Part shown: piece by piece, positions 1-10,610 of the stretch
How the letters are laid out: each line of letters begins with the position of its first letter
How positions within the stretch are numbered: position 1 is the first letter of the stretch
Origin: Nemertoderma westbladi
Taxonomy: Eukaryota > Animalia > Xenacoelomorpha
Length of the DNA stretch: 36,185 nt
Direction of reading: 5' to 3'
Assembly: GCA_032718475.1 (NCBI GenBank)
Contig: JAUCBJ010006379.1
Span: 1-36,185, forward strand
Made by a program: the position numbers and the translations under genes
The notes under the pieces: generated by a model
Databases searched by the model: none
Seen by the model: the letters and a program-made list of their open reading frames with translations, nothing else
Told to the model about the DNA's origin: nothing

Positions 1-1
1 A

Positions 2-690
2 GGATAGTTCTTTTTACAGAACACAGCAGAACACAGTAGAACACAGCAGAACACAATAGAATACAGGCGGAACATAGGCGAACACAGCTGTAATTAAAAT
101 CTACACCAAAAAATAACACACTTGGGAAAGTACCGGACTTAATCATACAACTGTAAGATGTCAATTACATATTTAAATTAAATGGCGGTTTTCCATATCC
201 TCCAAAATAAATTACCTGATCAGAGTTGCCCGATCAGCTGTTCGGTTAGGCCTGTACCTGTTACTAGTCCAGCAGTCTGCCTATCAGCCTGTTCCAGTAC
301 TGCAGTAGGCCTAGTGCAGTAGTGCTGTAGAGACATGTACAGACTGACAGACTGTACATTGTACAGACAGACAGATGTAGGCACAGTGTAGAGTATATTA
401 CCAATGTACTGATATAGGCCTACTCAGCTACCGGTACTGTACTAACCAACTCTCCATGGTTACAGGATAATGAGAAGTAATTTATTTTGGAGGATATGGA
501 AAACCGCCATTTAATTTAAATATGCAATTGACATCTTACAGTTGTATGATTAAATCCGGTACTTTCCCAAGTGTGTTATTTTTTGGTGTAGATTTTAATT
601 ACAGCTGTGTTCGCCTATGTTCCGCCTGTATTCTATTGTGTTCTGGTGTGTTCTACTGTGTTCTACTGTGTTCTGTAAAAAGATATATCC
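2..690. mobile_element. Foldback/MITE-type non-autonomous DNA transposon with ~214-bp inverted arms
   Basis: 2-215 (GGATAGTTCTTTTTACAGAACACAG...AAATTAC) is the near-perfect reverse complement of 477-690 (GTAATTT...GTGTTCTGTAAAAAGATATATCC). The arms contain ~10-bp AGAACACAGY subrepeats. The left end lies at the window edge, so the TSD and superfamily cannot be read. Confidence 0.85.
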
Positions 691-1382
691 GATTATACAC
701 TATCAGAAAGTTAAAACATACTCGCATCAAGAAAAAGAAGATGCCCAGTAATACCATTGTTCCAAACCGCTAGTCTATGTTTCGTATTTTTGTTGCCACT
801 GTTACGTCTCTTTTTCCCAATAAACTTGGTTGCTTGACTCTTGGGGCGGGTTTGCTGTGAGGTACTGGTTGTTTTGATGGTGGCTCTGAGAGGGAGGTGG
901 TGGCATGGTACCTTGCAGACACCGAGGCATTATCCTAATTACTTTGGTAGTTTGACATTGGAATTTGTTTATAATAATTTAGTATTGTCTGTCATAATTT
1001 AAGAGTTATGTATATCATTTATTGTTGTGCGCCATTCTATATGTATTTATATCAAAAATTCCAAATAAAAGTTAGAGTATACAAAATTATTAAAGTTATC
1101 CAAGTGTAATGGACTTCCAGGATTCAGGATTTCAATTGCTACAACAGTTTTCTGTTGGCTTTACTCTTGTTTACGCAATTTACTCTTGCTGATGAATATT
1201 TTAGAACAAAATGTATAATCTAAAAATTTACTTTGCAATTGAAGCAAAGAGAATACCGTAGTTTGACAATAATACAAATATGATAAAACTTCTTTGTTCT
1301 AGAATATTCAACGGCTTCTCAAGAAAACTGTAGCGAAAACCGTACTAAAGCTGAGATAAATAATTTGAATTTAGGTTTGTTA

Positions 1383-1560
1383 GGCAGCGTTCACACTACC
1401 GAGTCAACGTCAAAAGAAAATAAATATAGCTACCTAACAATAATAAATAATAATATATTATATAATATAATACATTAGGGCATTCTAGAAAAAATTAAAT
1501 TTCATGTGATGTGATTTACATTTTGTGTTTTGACTTTGACTCGGTAGTGTGAACGTGGCC
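1383..1560. mobile_element. PIF/Harbinger (Tourist-like) MITE
   Basis: ~33-bp TIRs: GGCAGCGTTCACACTACCGAGTCAACGTCAAAA versus the reverse complement GGCCACGTTCACACTACCGAGTCAAAGTCAAAA. Flanked by TTA at 1380-1382 and 1561-1563; a 3-bp TWA TSD and GGC start are typical of Harbinger. Confidence 0.85.
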
Positions 1561-1583
1561 TTACAAAGCTTAGTTAGAAGGAC

Positions 1584-2425
1584 GGTAATGGTGAAAAATA
1601 TCGAGACTTTAAAAATATCGAGAGTAAAAATAACGAGTGTAAAAATATCGAGAGTAAAATAACGAGTGTTGAAAATGAACGTGTTTAAAGAATATCGAGA
1701 GTAAAAATAACACGAGATGAAAAATATCGAAAATAATGATAAAAATATCGAGTGTTGAAAAATATCGAGAGTAAAAATATTGCATTCTGCGTGAGCATTT
1801 TATTTAGAATTATGGGAGAATATTGCAGTGCATGGGTTACAACAGTGCAAGTGCAAGTAAGTGGCATTAATACACCTTGGATAGTGTACCCATTCACCAG
1901 ATTTATTATACTAGCTAGTTTTTGCTATTTTTTTAATAAATATTATAAAAAAGTGCTAGCTATCAATTTGGATAAATATTTTTGTTCTAGATGACATTTT
2001 TTAGTTCTAGATTGTTCTAGATTGATGTTAATTTTTTAAAATAGCTAGTATTTTCTACTTCTTTTTATAAATGTTATAGAACACGTGTAAGCTACCAATG
2101 TTGATAAATATTTTTGTTCTAGAACACATTTTTTTTTGTACTAGAACATTTTTGGGAAAAAGGTTATCATACAACCGGTATTAAAAAAAATTGTTACTAT
2201 CGATATTTTTACTCTCAATTTTTTCAACACTCGATATTTTTCAACACTCGATAATTTTACTCTCGATATTTTTCAACACTCGATATCTTTCAACACTCTA
2301 ATATTTTTACTCTCGATATTTTTACTCTCGATATTTTTACTCTCGATATTTTTACTCTCGATATTTTTACTCGCGTTTTTTTTACTCTCGATATTTTTCA
2401 TGTCTCGATATTTTTCCATATAACC
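1584..2425. mobile_element. Non-autonomous TIR transposon with tandem 15-bp subterminal repeats (Merlin- or Mutator-like)
   Basis: Ends GGTAATGGTGAAAAATATCGAGAC and GTCTCGATATTTTTCCATATAACC. AAAAATATCGAGAGT arrays occur on + at ~1593-1780 and inverted at ~2198-2415. 8-bp flanking repeat AGAAGGAC (1576-1583) / AGTAGGAC (2426-2433), 1 mismatch. Confidence 0.75.
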
Positions 2426-2454
2426 AGTAGGACCTCGTAAAGCCGTGGTTCGTG

Positions 2455-3048
2455 GAGTAGGGCACAGAAACTGACGGATTCTTCGCGAATTTTGCAAACG
2501 TCGCAAATTTTGCAAACGTCGCGAACGTCGGGAATTTTATGTTATGTAAAATGGACACTCCTTAAGCAACACGGTCCCTACTTCACCCTGTCGACACCCC
2601 AGCCATTTTCCACCAATCCTTTTTTAGAGTTTTTTAATTTTTTTGGTATTGGTGAAAGTTCTAGAACATTAGTAGATATGTTTTTTACGATAGCTAGTGT
2701 TTTTTGCTTGCTAGTATTTTTTCAAATTATAAAAAAATGTGAAAGTCCATGATATTTCAGGTTAAACTGTTGAAGAATATATTAATGACCAAAACTATTT
2801 CCAAAAATTACTAGCTAGTATAAAATACTAGCTATATATATATACCATAAAAAATCTACTAAGGTTCTAGAACATTCACTAATATAAAAAAAGCACTAAA
2901 AAACCCCAAAAAATGTTAAAAACTCATTCGGGACCCTTTTGCTTAAGGAGTCAAATTTGTAGAATAAATTCCCGAAGTTTGCGACGTTTGCTAAATTCGC
3001 GACGTTTGCGAAATTCGCGAATAATCCGTCAGTTTCTGTGCCCTAATG
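2455..3048. mobile_element. hAT- or P-like MITE with ~120-bp imperfect TIRs
   Basis: GAGTAGGGCACAGAAACTGACGGATT... pairs with ...AATCCGTCAGTTTCTGTGCCCTAATG. Perfect 8-bp TSD GGTTCGTG at 2447-2454 and 3049-3056. Internal GCAAACGTCGC subrepeats. Confidence 0.85.
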
Positions 3049-4034
3049 GGTTCGTGCCGAAACAATCAAATCTTACACACTTAACACACACGAAATAATT
3101 TAATGTGGGTATTAGTATGCCTGAATAATTAAATAGAAATTAAATTAATGGACGCTATTTCATCATGAAATCTACGGAATTAATCCCACACGTCACTACT
3201 GATTTTAAAAATCTATATACTGTAGATTGCAATTTATATTTGGCTACCTTTTAATGTGACTAATTGAATTATTCACCCCTATACACCATGTCCCAGAATA
3301 TAGTGTCGTAATTCAGTGACACCCCCCCCCCCCCCCCCTAATTTTTTTACAAATCGTAATGAGATTGCATGAAATTAGAAACAGAGATAGTTTCACCTCC
3401 CGACCACTAACTGGTCTTTTGACTTTTGCTTTCAATCTTTGGCTACATGCGTTTAAAAAAGTGTCTCCAGCGATATTACACCAGTTACACCGCATTTATT
3501 CTTCAACCTTATAGTGATTTGTTGGTACTGATAGAAAGCTGACCGTACAAGGATTCCAAATATGTAACACAATTTGAATTGCGTTAAAAAATAGCGGAGA
3601 TATGGGCGTTCAAATGTTGCATGGTTTTGCACCAGCGGAGGTTATTTTATTCTATTTAATAAATGCATCATAATCTGGAATATTTTGTTCATCCAAATAC
3701 GTAGCTGGGCAACAATGCATTACATCTTTAATCATACTATTAAGTAGCTATTCATACATTTAAAAAATGTTCCAGAATATGGTATATTTATTAAATAGAA
3801 TAAAATAGCCTCGCGCCGGTGCAAAACCATGCAACATTTGAACGCTCATATCTCAGCTATTTTTCAACGAAATTATTATTATTATTATTTATTTATAATC
3901 TCGGACACAAACGATCCATTGTACATACAAGGCAGAACTAACTAAACTAAATTTGAGAAATACAGCACATTAAAGTAGAATTACACCAAATACGAAAATA
4001 AAGGAAATTTAAATAAGAATTCCGAATACGATAA

Positions 4035-6848
4035 TTACGTTAAACTTGGATCAAGCACCTTGTGCCACCGATCAATCAGAACAGAGTTCACTGAAAAATT
4101 AGTTATAATAGCACCAATTAGCGTATTACCTGAGTTATTTACTCTATTTAACAAGGAAAATATAGATTTGCGCATAATGGCCTTAAAGGTATTTACTCTA
4201 TTATTAACAAAAATTGTGTCTGCATCGTCACTGCGGGAGTATTTAAACAACAGACGAAAACACATGTTATAGGCTACTTTCACTTGTCGCAAAGTTTGAA
4301 CACGGAAAATAGACCACAAAGAGCTGCAATATAAACTGTAGCAATAAGTTTTGAACAAACATAGTTTAACACCAAGAGAACACCGAGAGAAATTTCTAAC
4401 TAACAAGTTACCTCGACAAAATAAAGAAGATTTAATTTTATTTATGTCTGCTTCATCAGAAAGGTCACAGCTTATAATGTGTCCCAAGTAAGAAACCTGC
4501 TTAACACAGTCTAACGGTTTTCCATTGAGATAGATGTCGCCTGCACGGTGAAAACGATAGGGCATAAAATACAAACAGTGTGATTTGAGTGGATTGAACA
4601 AAATATCAAATTTAGCGCCGTAACGCTCACATATCTTGACTAGTGCACGTAACCCAAAAATACTCGGCGACAGTAAACACAGGTCATCTGCGTAAAATAA
4701 GTGATTTAAAAGACTCTTTCCAACTTTACAACCAACATTAGATTTGTTTAGTTCTACACTTAAGTCATTCATATAAATGTTAAATAAGAGGGGGCTGAGC
4801 AAACTTCCTTGACGGACGCCATTTGAAACCAAAAATGCACCGGAAGAAGCAGAACCCCAGCTAATATAAATTAGTTCATGGGAATACCAAAAGGCCAAGA
4901 GTCTTACAATACCAATAGATACACCAAGTTCAATTAGCTTTAGAAAAAGTTTACTATGATTGACGCGGTCAAACGCTTTCGAGGCGTCTAAGAAGGCAGT
5001 ATACACAGGTGAGTCTTTACTAATATATAAGTGAATTGTTTGTTTTAAGGCAAAAATACGCATTTCTGTACCTAGGCCCTCTGCAAAACCAAACTGGTTG
5101 TCAGATATATTGGAATGCATGGCAACGAGCCAAAGCAAACACGTTTCCAAAACCTTAGAGCCAGCTGTAGCTTTGGCTATGGGTCGGTAATTCAAACGTT
5201 CACTCATACTAGCGTTTTTATCTTTGATAATAGGCAACAAACTAGAATTAATTAACGATTGAGGCAAAAACCCATGAGTTATAAATGAATTGAACAATAA
5301 ACACAAAATTACTGGCAAAAGGTTACCGCCAAAAATATAACTTTCAGGGAAGATGCCATCAGGCCCGGCAGCCTTTCCACACTGCAGACCGTTGATGGCA
5401 TCTTTCACCTTATCAGCCGAAATATGGACATTATTGGAGCCGTCCCATTCAGAAAACTTACACTGCACAAAAGTAGAGTCAATTTCAGATACAGGGACTG
5501 AATTAAAAATATCACAATAATTAGATTTGAATAAATCGGCGATTTCTTCCTCAGTGTGGGCGGAGCCGACAGAGGTTGCTAAACCCATTTTAATAGTTGT
5601 TGCTTTCTTTATTGAACTCCAAAAATCTTTTCTAGAGTTAATAAAAGAAGCCGCTAGGCGATCTGCTCGCAAAGCACCTTCCTCCCGTTTGCAATTTCGG
5701 AGAGCCAATTTAAATTGCGCGGCCGTTTTTTTCTTTACCTCCCATACAAGCCCAAACCTAGGCCGCCCTTGTTCGCACCAAATATGAAAAGCCTCCTGCG
5801 CCGCAGCCCGCTTTTCTTTTACAAACTCATTCCATCCAGGAATGCAATTGGAGATTGAATTACCCCTTTTTTGAGGAATAAATTTTGATGTACAGCTATG
5901 TAGAATATTAATAGTATCAGTATAACACGAATTTAGTGACATTTTATGGTTAATATTCTCACAATGAATATCACAACAAGTTAAAGCAGAAAGGGGTAAC
6001 TGTAATAAACGTAGTTGTTCATCAACAGTTTGAGAATATTTTGAAATATTTTCACCGCTGGCTTTATCCCACGTTGCGTTATTGGAAAAAGTGACGTTAT
6101 TGCTACTGCCAGGTGTGGACGCACTAAGCAGCAAAGATACAGTCACTGAGACGGGTAAATGTTCATCATAAACAAGATCACGTAGGACAGTAATATTACT
6201 AATAGAGGAATGAAAGTCGGCGGTGGAAACGATGTGGTCTAACCACGACACTGTGCCATGTACATGGCTGGTAAATGAAAAAGTGTCATCGGGTAGAATA
6301 TGTAAATCAGACCATATCAATGAAAAACAATCACAAAATAATTTCAGTTCATTACCAAACGGTCGATCGGGAGCAGTATTAAAGTCTCCCAAAATAGCAC
6401 ATTTAGAACCAGGGTGCTCAGCAATGTACGCAGAACATTCACCTAATAACTCTAGATACAAATCTAAATTATCAACGGATTCACAAGGCATATATACATT
6501 CAGTAACAGAGTGCTAGAACCGTCAGTACTTTTAATGTTACAACCAATAATTCTTTCGTTAATATTGACTATATTTATTGAACTGGATAAATGTTTGCGC
6601 CATAAAACAGCCAACCCCCCAAAAGGACGGCCGACCAATGGACCATCAGCCAAATCGACGGAAGATACACCCGAACTAAGAAAGTCATTATGGAGCGAAT
6701 TTAATTTGGGCAATTTTTGCTTCACCAACCAGGTTTCCTGTAAAAAAACGACGTCATGCGAGTCACATAAAGCCTTAATGACATCCGGGTTATTATTCAG
6801 GCCACTGCAGTTATAAGTGCATATTCTAAGTGAGTTTAGGATAGCCAT
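4035..6848 (-). CDS. LINE ORF2: apurinic-like endonuclease plus reverse transcriptase (937 aa from ATG at 6848)
   Basis: Uninterrupted ORF. APE motifs TYNC, LQETW, GGLA, NVYMP, GDFN, WLDHI, DEHLP. RT motifs YRPI, QFGF, DASKAFDRV, GVRQGSLLSP, YADD, YLG. Confidence 0.95.
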   Translation of the reverse strand: MAILNSLRICTYNCSGLNNNPDVIKALCDSHDVVFLQETWLVKQKLPKLNSLHNDFLSSGVSSVDLADGPLVGRPFGGLAVLWRKHLSSSINIVNINERIIGCNIKSTDGSSTLLLNVYMPCESVDNLDLYLELLGECSAYIAEHPGSKCAILGDFNTAPDRPFGNELKLFCDCFSLIWSDLHILPDDTFSFTSHVHGTVSWLDHIVSTADFHSSISNITVLRDLVYDEHLPVSVTVSLLLSASTPGSSNNVTFSNNATWDKASGENISKYSQTVDEQLRLLQLPLSALTCCDIHCENINHKMSLNSCYTDTINILHSCTSKFIPQKRGNSISNCIPGWNEFVKEKRAAAQEAFHIWCEQGRPRFGLVWEVKKKTAAQFKLALRNCKREEGALRADRLAASFINSRKDFWSSIKKATTIKMGLATSVGSAHTEEEIADLFKSNYCDIFNSVPVSEIDSTFVQCKFSEWDGSNNVHISADKVKDAINGLQCGKAAGPDGIFPESYIFGGNLLPVILCLLFNSFITHGFLPQSLINSSLLPIIKDKNASMSERLNYRPIAKATAGSKVLETCLLWLVAMHSNISDNQFGFAEGLGTEMRIFALKQTIHLYISKDSPVYTAFLDASKAFDRVNHSKLFLKLIELGVSIGIVRLLAFWYSHELIYISWGSASSGAFLVSNGVRQGSLLSPLLFNIYMNDLSVELNKSNVGCKVGKSLLNHLFYADDLCLLSPSIFGLRALVKICERYGAKFDILFNPLKSHCLYFMPYRFHRAGDIYLNGKPLDCVKQVSYLGHIISCDLSDEADINKIKSSLFCRGNLLVRNFSRCSLGVKLCLFKTYCYSLYCSSLWSIFRVQTLRQVKVAYNMCFRLLFKYSRSDDADTIFVNNRVNTFKAIMRKSIFSLLNRVNNSGNTLIGAIITNFSVNSVLIDRWHKVLDPSLT

Positions 6849-6948
6849 TGATAATGTTAAGTTTATGATCAATGATGAGTTTCACTGTAGAGTATATGAG
6901 AGCAAAAGTTATACTGTGTATATAAAACAGAACCATATCAGCAACCTA

Positions 6949-8344
6949 TCAGGCTACTGGTGACTCACCCACCCTGCGGGTCGAAGGTGGTGAGGATGTC
7001 GGTTTGGCGATGCCGGATCGTGGCGCAGGCCAAAAGCGCTTAACAATTATACCCTTTGGCCATGAATCCAACTGTAGGAGTATAGAGAAGGAAAACTCGT
7101 CAGGTGGGCTTACAATAAAGGAGTTATACGAATTGTTGATTTTATTAGGATTCTCAACAACGTCCACATCTACGTTAAGTTTATCAGATAAGAAGTTTTT
7201 AACCAAGTCAGCAGATATATGCGGCTTAAATCGCGATACAAATATTTGATCCCTTCCTTTCTGGAACCTCTTTAGCCGAGAGGGTGAGCCCAGCGAGAGA
7301 TCAGCAAAATCCCCTGACGAGAAATCTCCTGTCCCAAATCGCGGAGCCGCACGTTTCTTTTTATTACGGACGAGACGAAATCCATCCTCATCAATATTAG
7401 AATCGGCTGCGGCATTACCGCCAGTAGAACCTGAATGTAAAGGTAGATCATGGTTGAGTACAGTGGACCGAGAGCGGAGCGAGACGTTGGCGCCAACTTC
7501 ACTAGAGCGATAGCCTTGCGGAGGCCGCCGGTTCTGGAACGGGGGTAATTGCCGGGAGCCGGTCCCGGAGTATCCCTATATGCCCAGAGCGGGGCATTAT
7601 CCAGACCGTCCGCCGTATCCCCATCAACGAGGATCACTGGCAGAGGAGGAGGGGCGACTTGGTGTTTCCACACGGTAGCTGACCCAGGAGTCACAACGTA
7701 GCAGACACAACGTTGACTGAATTGTTACTTAAAACATAGTGCTTTAGCTTCAAGTAATCCTCCCGACTACAGACAGAAGAGGTCAATAGGGAGTCGTGGA
7801 TCAAAACCTTCTCTTTTAGCGAAATAACCAGTTCCCGTAGGTCACGTACTTCTTCGTCCCTAACTGCTGCTTTAGCCGACAAATTATCGGAAGGGGGTAG
7901 ACGAGAAGTGTTTAGCGCAACAAATATAGGTCTCGTGGGGATATCGATAAAAGCGCTCTCATTGAACAGATTAAATATATCGTTAATGTGGGCCTTTTTC
8001 TTTTTATTACCCATCCGACCCACCCACGCAGGCAGAGGACGATCGGCGGATGCGCATTTACCCGCTTCATCAAAGAGGAGTCTTTTGGCAGCCACTACCT
8101 CAGAGAGGGAGTAGAAATTTGAAACAACCGAAACGAGTGATGTTTTCTCCATTGAGGAAATTTGAAACTGCACAAAACATAGCAGCTCGCAAATAACTTT
8201 GGGATTTTCCGTATTGTCGGTCGATAGACCAACTGACTCCAGCCTGGAAGTGGCAGGTTCAAGTTGAGACAACTCATCCTCGTCTGAGGAATCGTCTTCC
8301 AGAACGCTGTTGGCGTTAGGTGGGTCACGGTTGCCCACACACAT
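6949..8344 (-). pseudogene. LINE ORF1, broken by two frameshifts
   Basis: The N-terminal ELLCFVQ...FYSLSEVVAAKRLLF block lies in frame 7691..8404. The C-terminal DEDGFRLVRNKKKR...IFVSRF...DSWPKGIIVKRFW block lies in the frame ending at 6949, open from ~7575. A third frame bridges ~7724-7575. Confidence 0.75.
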
Positions 8345-8951
8345 AGCTTCAGCTGTAGGAGTTAGCCGTTCTCCGCGCTTCAGTTTACAACTTTGACAGA
8401 GCAATCTGCCCTCAAAAGTATCGAGATTAGAATGAGAAATTCAAATTGTGTTACATATTTGGAATCCTTGCATGACCAGCTTTCCATTGGTACCAACAAA
8501 CAGCTATAAGGTAGAAGAATAACTGCGGTGTAACTGGTGTAATATCGCTGGAGACACTTTTTTAAACCCATGTAGCTAAAGATTGAAAGCAAAAATAAAA
8601 ATTCTGGCTCACCCAGTCAGTGGTCGGGAGGTGAACCTATCCCTGTTTCAAATTTCATGCAATCTCATTACGATTTGTAGAAAAATTAGGGGGGGGGGGG
8701 GGGGGTGGGTGTCACTGAATTACGACACTATATTCTGGGACATGGTGTATATTTGTAGCCTTTTTAATTTGTGTCTTTAATTGAATCAAACATTAAACTA
8801 AAATATATGTCACAATATTGATCTGTCTGTAGCTGGTCAATGAATCTCTCATCAATTTGTTAATTAGTCGCTGCTCAGTCATTGAACAATTGAACACGTG
8901 CTGCTCGAAGACCCCACAACGTGTTGGTACTTAGTAGTAAAAGCTTAAAAT

Positions 8952-9085
8952 GCAAGGATTCCAAATATTGTAAATGTATTTCGTTGAAAAATAGCTGAGA
9001 TATGAGCGTTTAAAACTATTCTATATTACATAAACCATATTCTGGAACATTATGTTTATCCAATATGTAGCAGGGCAACAATGCT
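8952..9085. mobile_element. Degraded internal fragment of the 3284-8747 Tc1-type MITE family
   Basis: CAAGGATTCCAAATAT...GAAAAATAGCTGAGATATGAGCGTT...GTAGCAGGGCAACAATGC aligns by eye with 3548-3718. Confidence 0.65.
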
Positions 9086-9299
9086 ATACCTCTTTTTAAT
9101 TATTTGTATGGAATTAATTCCGCACTATCAATTCGGCAGGGAGACATATTTTCCAGCTTTATATCGCAGTGCGACATTTTTTCTCAGTATGTCCCTACGC
9201 CATACATTTTACTATGTATGTCCAGTATGTCAACGCGTCATTAATAGGTTGTTCTAGAAAGTTTAAGTGCATAAACTACAAATAATTGCCCATTAGATT

Positions 9300-9408
9300 C
9301 GCCATTGTTCATAATTAGCGCTTTAAAGCTTTTACGGCCCTCGTTCTATTATTTTACAACAGCACTAGTGCCGTAACGCTATAAAAGTGCTATTTATGAA
9401 CAATGACG
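9300..9408. repeat. Imperfect ~39-bp inverted repeat, relic of an unclassified non-autonomous element
   Basis: CGCCATTGTTCATAATTAGCGCTTTAAAGCTTTTACGGC pairs with GCCGTAACGCTATAAAAGTGCTATTTATGAACAATGACG. Confidence 0.6.
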
Positions 9409-9432
9409 CATAGTTAATAAAGTATACTATTA

Positions 9433-10185
9433 CACCACGTCCTGGAATATAGTGTCGTTATTCAGGTACCTGCCCCCCCCCCCCCCCAATTTTTCTACAA
9501 ATCGTAATGAGATTGAGCATGACATTTGAAACAGAGTTAGTTTCACTAACTCCTCCTGACTGGGTGAGCCAGAATTTTTATTTTTGCTTTCATTCTTTGA
9601 GACAGGGGGGGAAACTCGACGCAAAACCCGCCTGGGCGAATTAATATCCCGCCTCAATGTTAAATTGTCACTTTAGGGAAAGGAGCAGGTTACAGTGGCA
9701 CGTTATTTTAACCGAAACAATAAACTAAACACAATAGAACAAACAGGTTACAGTTTTATTTTTGAGAGTAATCAGCTGTTATTTGCGTCTCATTTCCCCT
9801 GGAGAGGGATGCATTTTTATTGCGTCCAGTTCCCCCCCCCCCCCCCCCCCCCCTATCTGCATTCTTTAGCTACAAGCGTTTGAAAATGGGGTCACCGATG
9901 ATATTACACCAGTTACACTGCAATTATTCTTGAACCTTATCTTAAAAATATTTATATTTGGTTGGGAAATAGCTGAGATATGAGCGTTCAAATGTTGCAT
10001 GGTTTTGCACTTTATTCAATTAAATAAAAACATCATATTGTAGCATTGCATTGTTGCCCAGCTACGTAAGGGATAAACAAAATGTTCCAGAATATGATGT
10101 ATTTATTAAATAGAAAAAAAGGCCTGCATAGGAAGCACATACATGCAACATTCGAATGCCCATAATATCTCAGCTATTTCCCAAC
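9433..10185. mobile_element. Second, right-truncated copy of the Tc1-type MITE family
   Basis: TA|CACCACGTCCTGGAATATAGTGTCG start and colinear similarity to 3284-3870. Interrupted by the 9599-9859 MITE; ends where the 63-bp array begins. Confidence 0.8.
9599..9859. mobile_element. ~260-bp MITE, GAGAYAGGGG family, copy 1
   Basis: TIR GAGACAG(G)nAAACTCGACGCAA / TTGCGTCCAGTT(C)nTATCTG. TSD CATTCTTT at 9591-9598 and 9860-9867. Closely similar copies at 27387 and 34522. Confidence 0.88.
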
Positions 10186-10191
10186 CAAATT

Positions 10192-10573
10192 CCTTCCACA
10201 GTAAACCCTTCCACTCTTTTTCCCAAAGGAATGCCTGTTCACCACCAAGAGTGATCTTCCACAGTAAAACCATCCATTCTGTATCCTAAAGGAATGCCTG
10301 TTCAAAACCATGGGTGATCTTTCACGGTAAATCCTTCCACTCTGTTTCCCAAAGTAATGTCTGTTCACCATCGTGGGTGACCTTCCACCCACAGTAAACC
10401 CGTCCACTCTGTTTCCTAAAGGAATGCCTATTCACCACCATGGGTGATCTTCCACAGTAAATCCTTCCACTCTGTTTCCCAAAGTAATGTCTGTTCACCA
10501 TCATGGGTGACCTTCCACAGTATACCCGTCCACTCTGTTTCCTAAAGGAATGCCTGTTCACCACCATCGGTGA
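10192..10573. repeat. 63-bp minisatellite, ~6 copies
   Basis: GTAAA/GTATA register at 10201, 10264, 10327, 10394 (4-bp insertion), 10457 and 10520. Unit approximately CTTCCACAGTAAACCCGTCCACTCTGTTTCCTAAAGGAATGCCTGTTCACCACCATGGGTGAT. Confidence 0.95.
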
Positions 10574-10610
10574 AATAAATGAAAGATCATACAAATCACA
10601 GGCACATCAC

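Larger units (their letters stand above)
3875..8435 (-). mobile_element. Full-length APE-type non-LTR retrotransposon (RTE-group, tentatively Proto2-like)
   Basis: ORF1 plus ORF2 (APE-RT). 3' end is AATAAA followed by an (AAT)n tail at 3875-3895. 6-bp TSD GAAATT at 3869-3874 and 8436-8441. 5' end reads TCATTC, an Inr-like motif. The clade call is from remembered motifs and is tentative. Confidence 0.92.
3284..8747. mobile_element. Tc1/mariner-type palindromic MITE, split by a LINE insertion (arms 3284-3874 and 8436-8747)
   Basis: TIR CACCATGTCCCAGAATATAGTGTCGTAATTCAGTGACAC at 3284 and its reverse complement ending at 8747. TA on both flanks (3282-3283, 8748-8749). Removing 3875-8441 restores a nearly fully palindromic ~900-bp element. 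Confidence 0.9.

Noticed and set aside
700-960. Minus-strand frame MSNYQSN*...RFGTMVLLGIFFFLMRVCF, possibly a decayed retroelement N-terminus or exon
   Set aside because: Two in-frame stops, no recognisable motif, and truncation by the first MITE; not supportable without a search.
522-3495. Short ORFs, including KNIESKNIES repeats
   Set aside because: They lie in MITE arms and subterminal repeats.
4060-8340. Antisense and alternate-frame ORFs overlapping the LINE (similar ones overlap BEL and RTE pol)
   Set aside because: Shadow ORFs of real coding sequence with no independent motifs.
10174-10594. C2H2 zinc-finger-like THDGEQ linker in the 63-bp repeat
   Set aside because: The period is 21 codons rather than 28, and the Cys/His spacing is absent.
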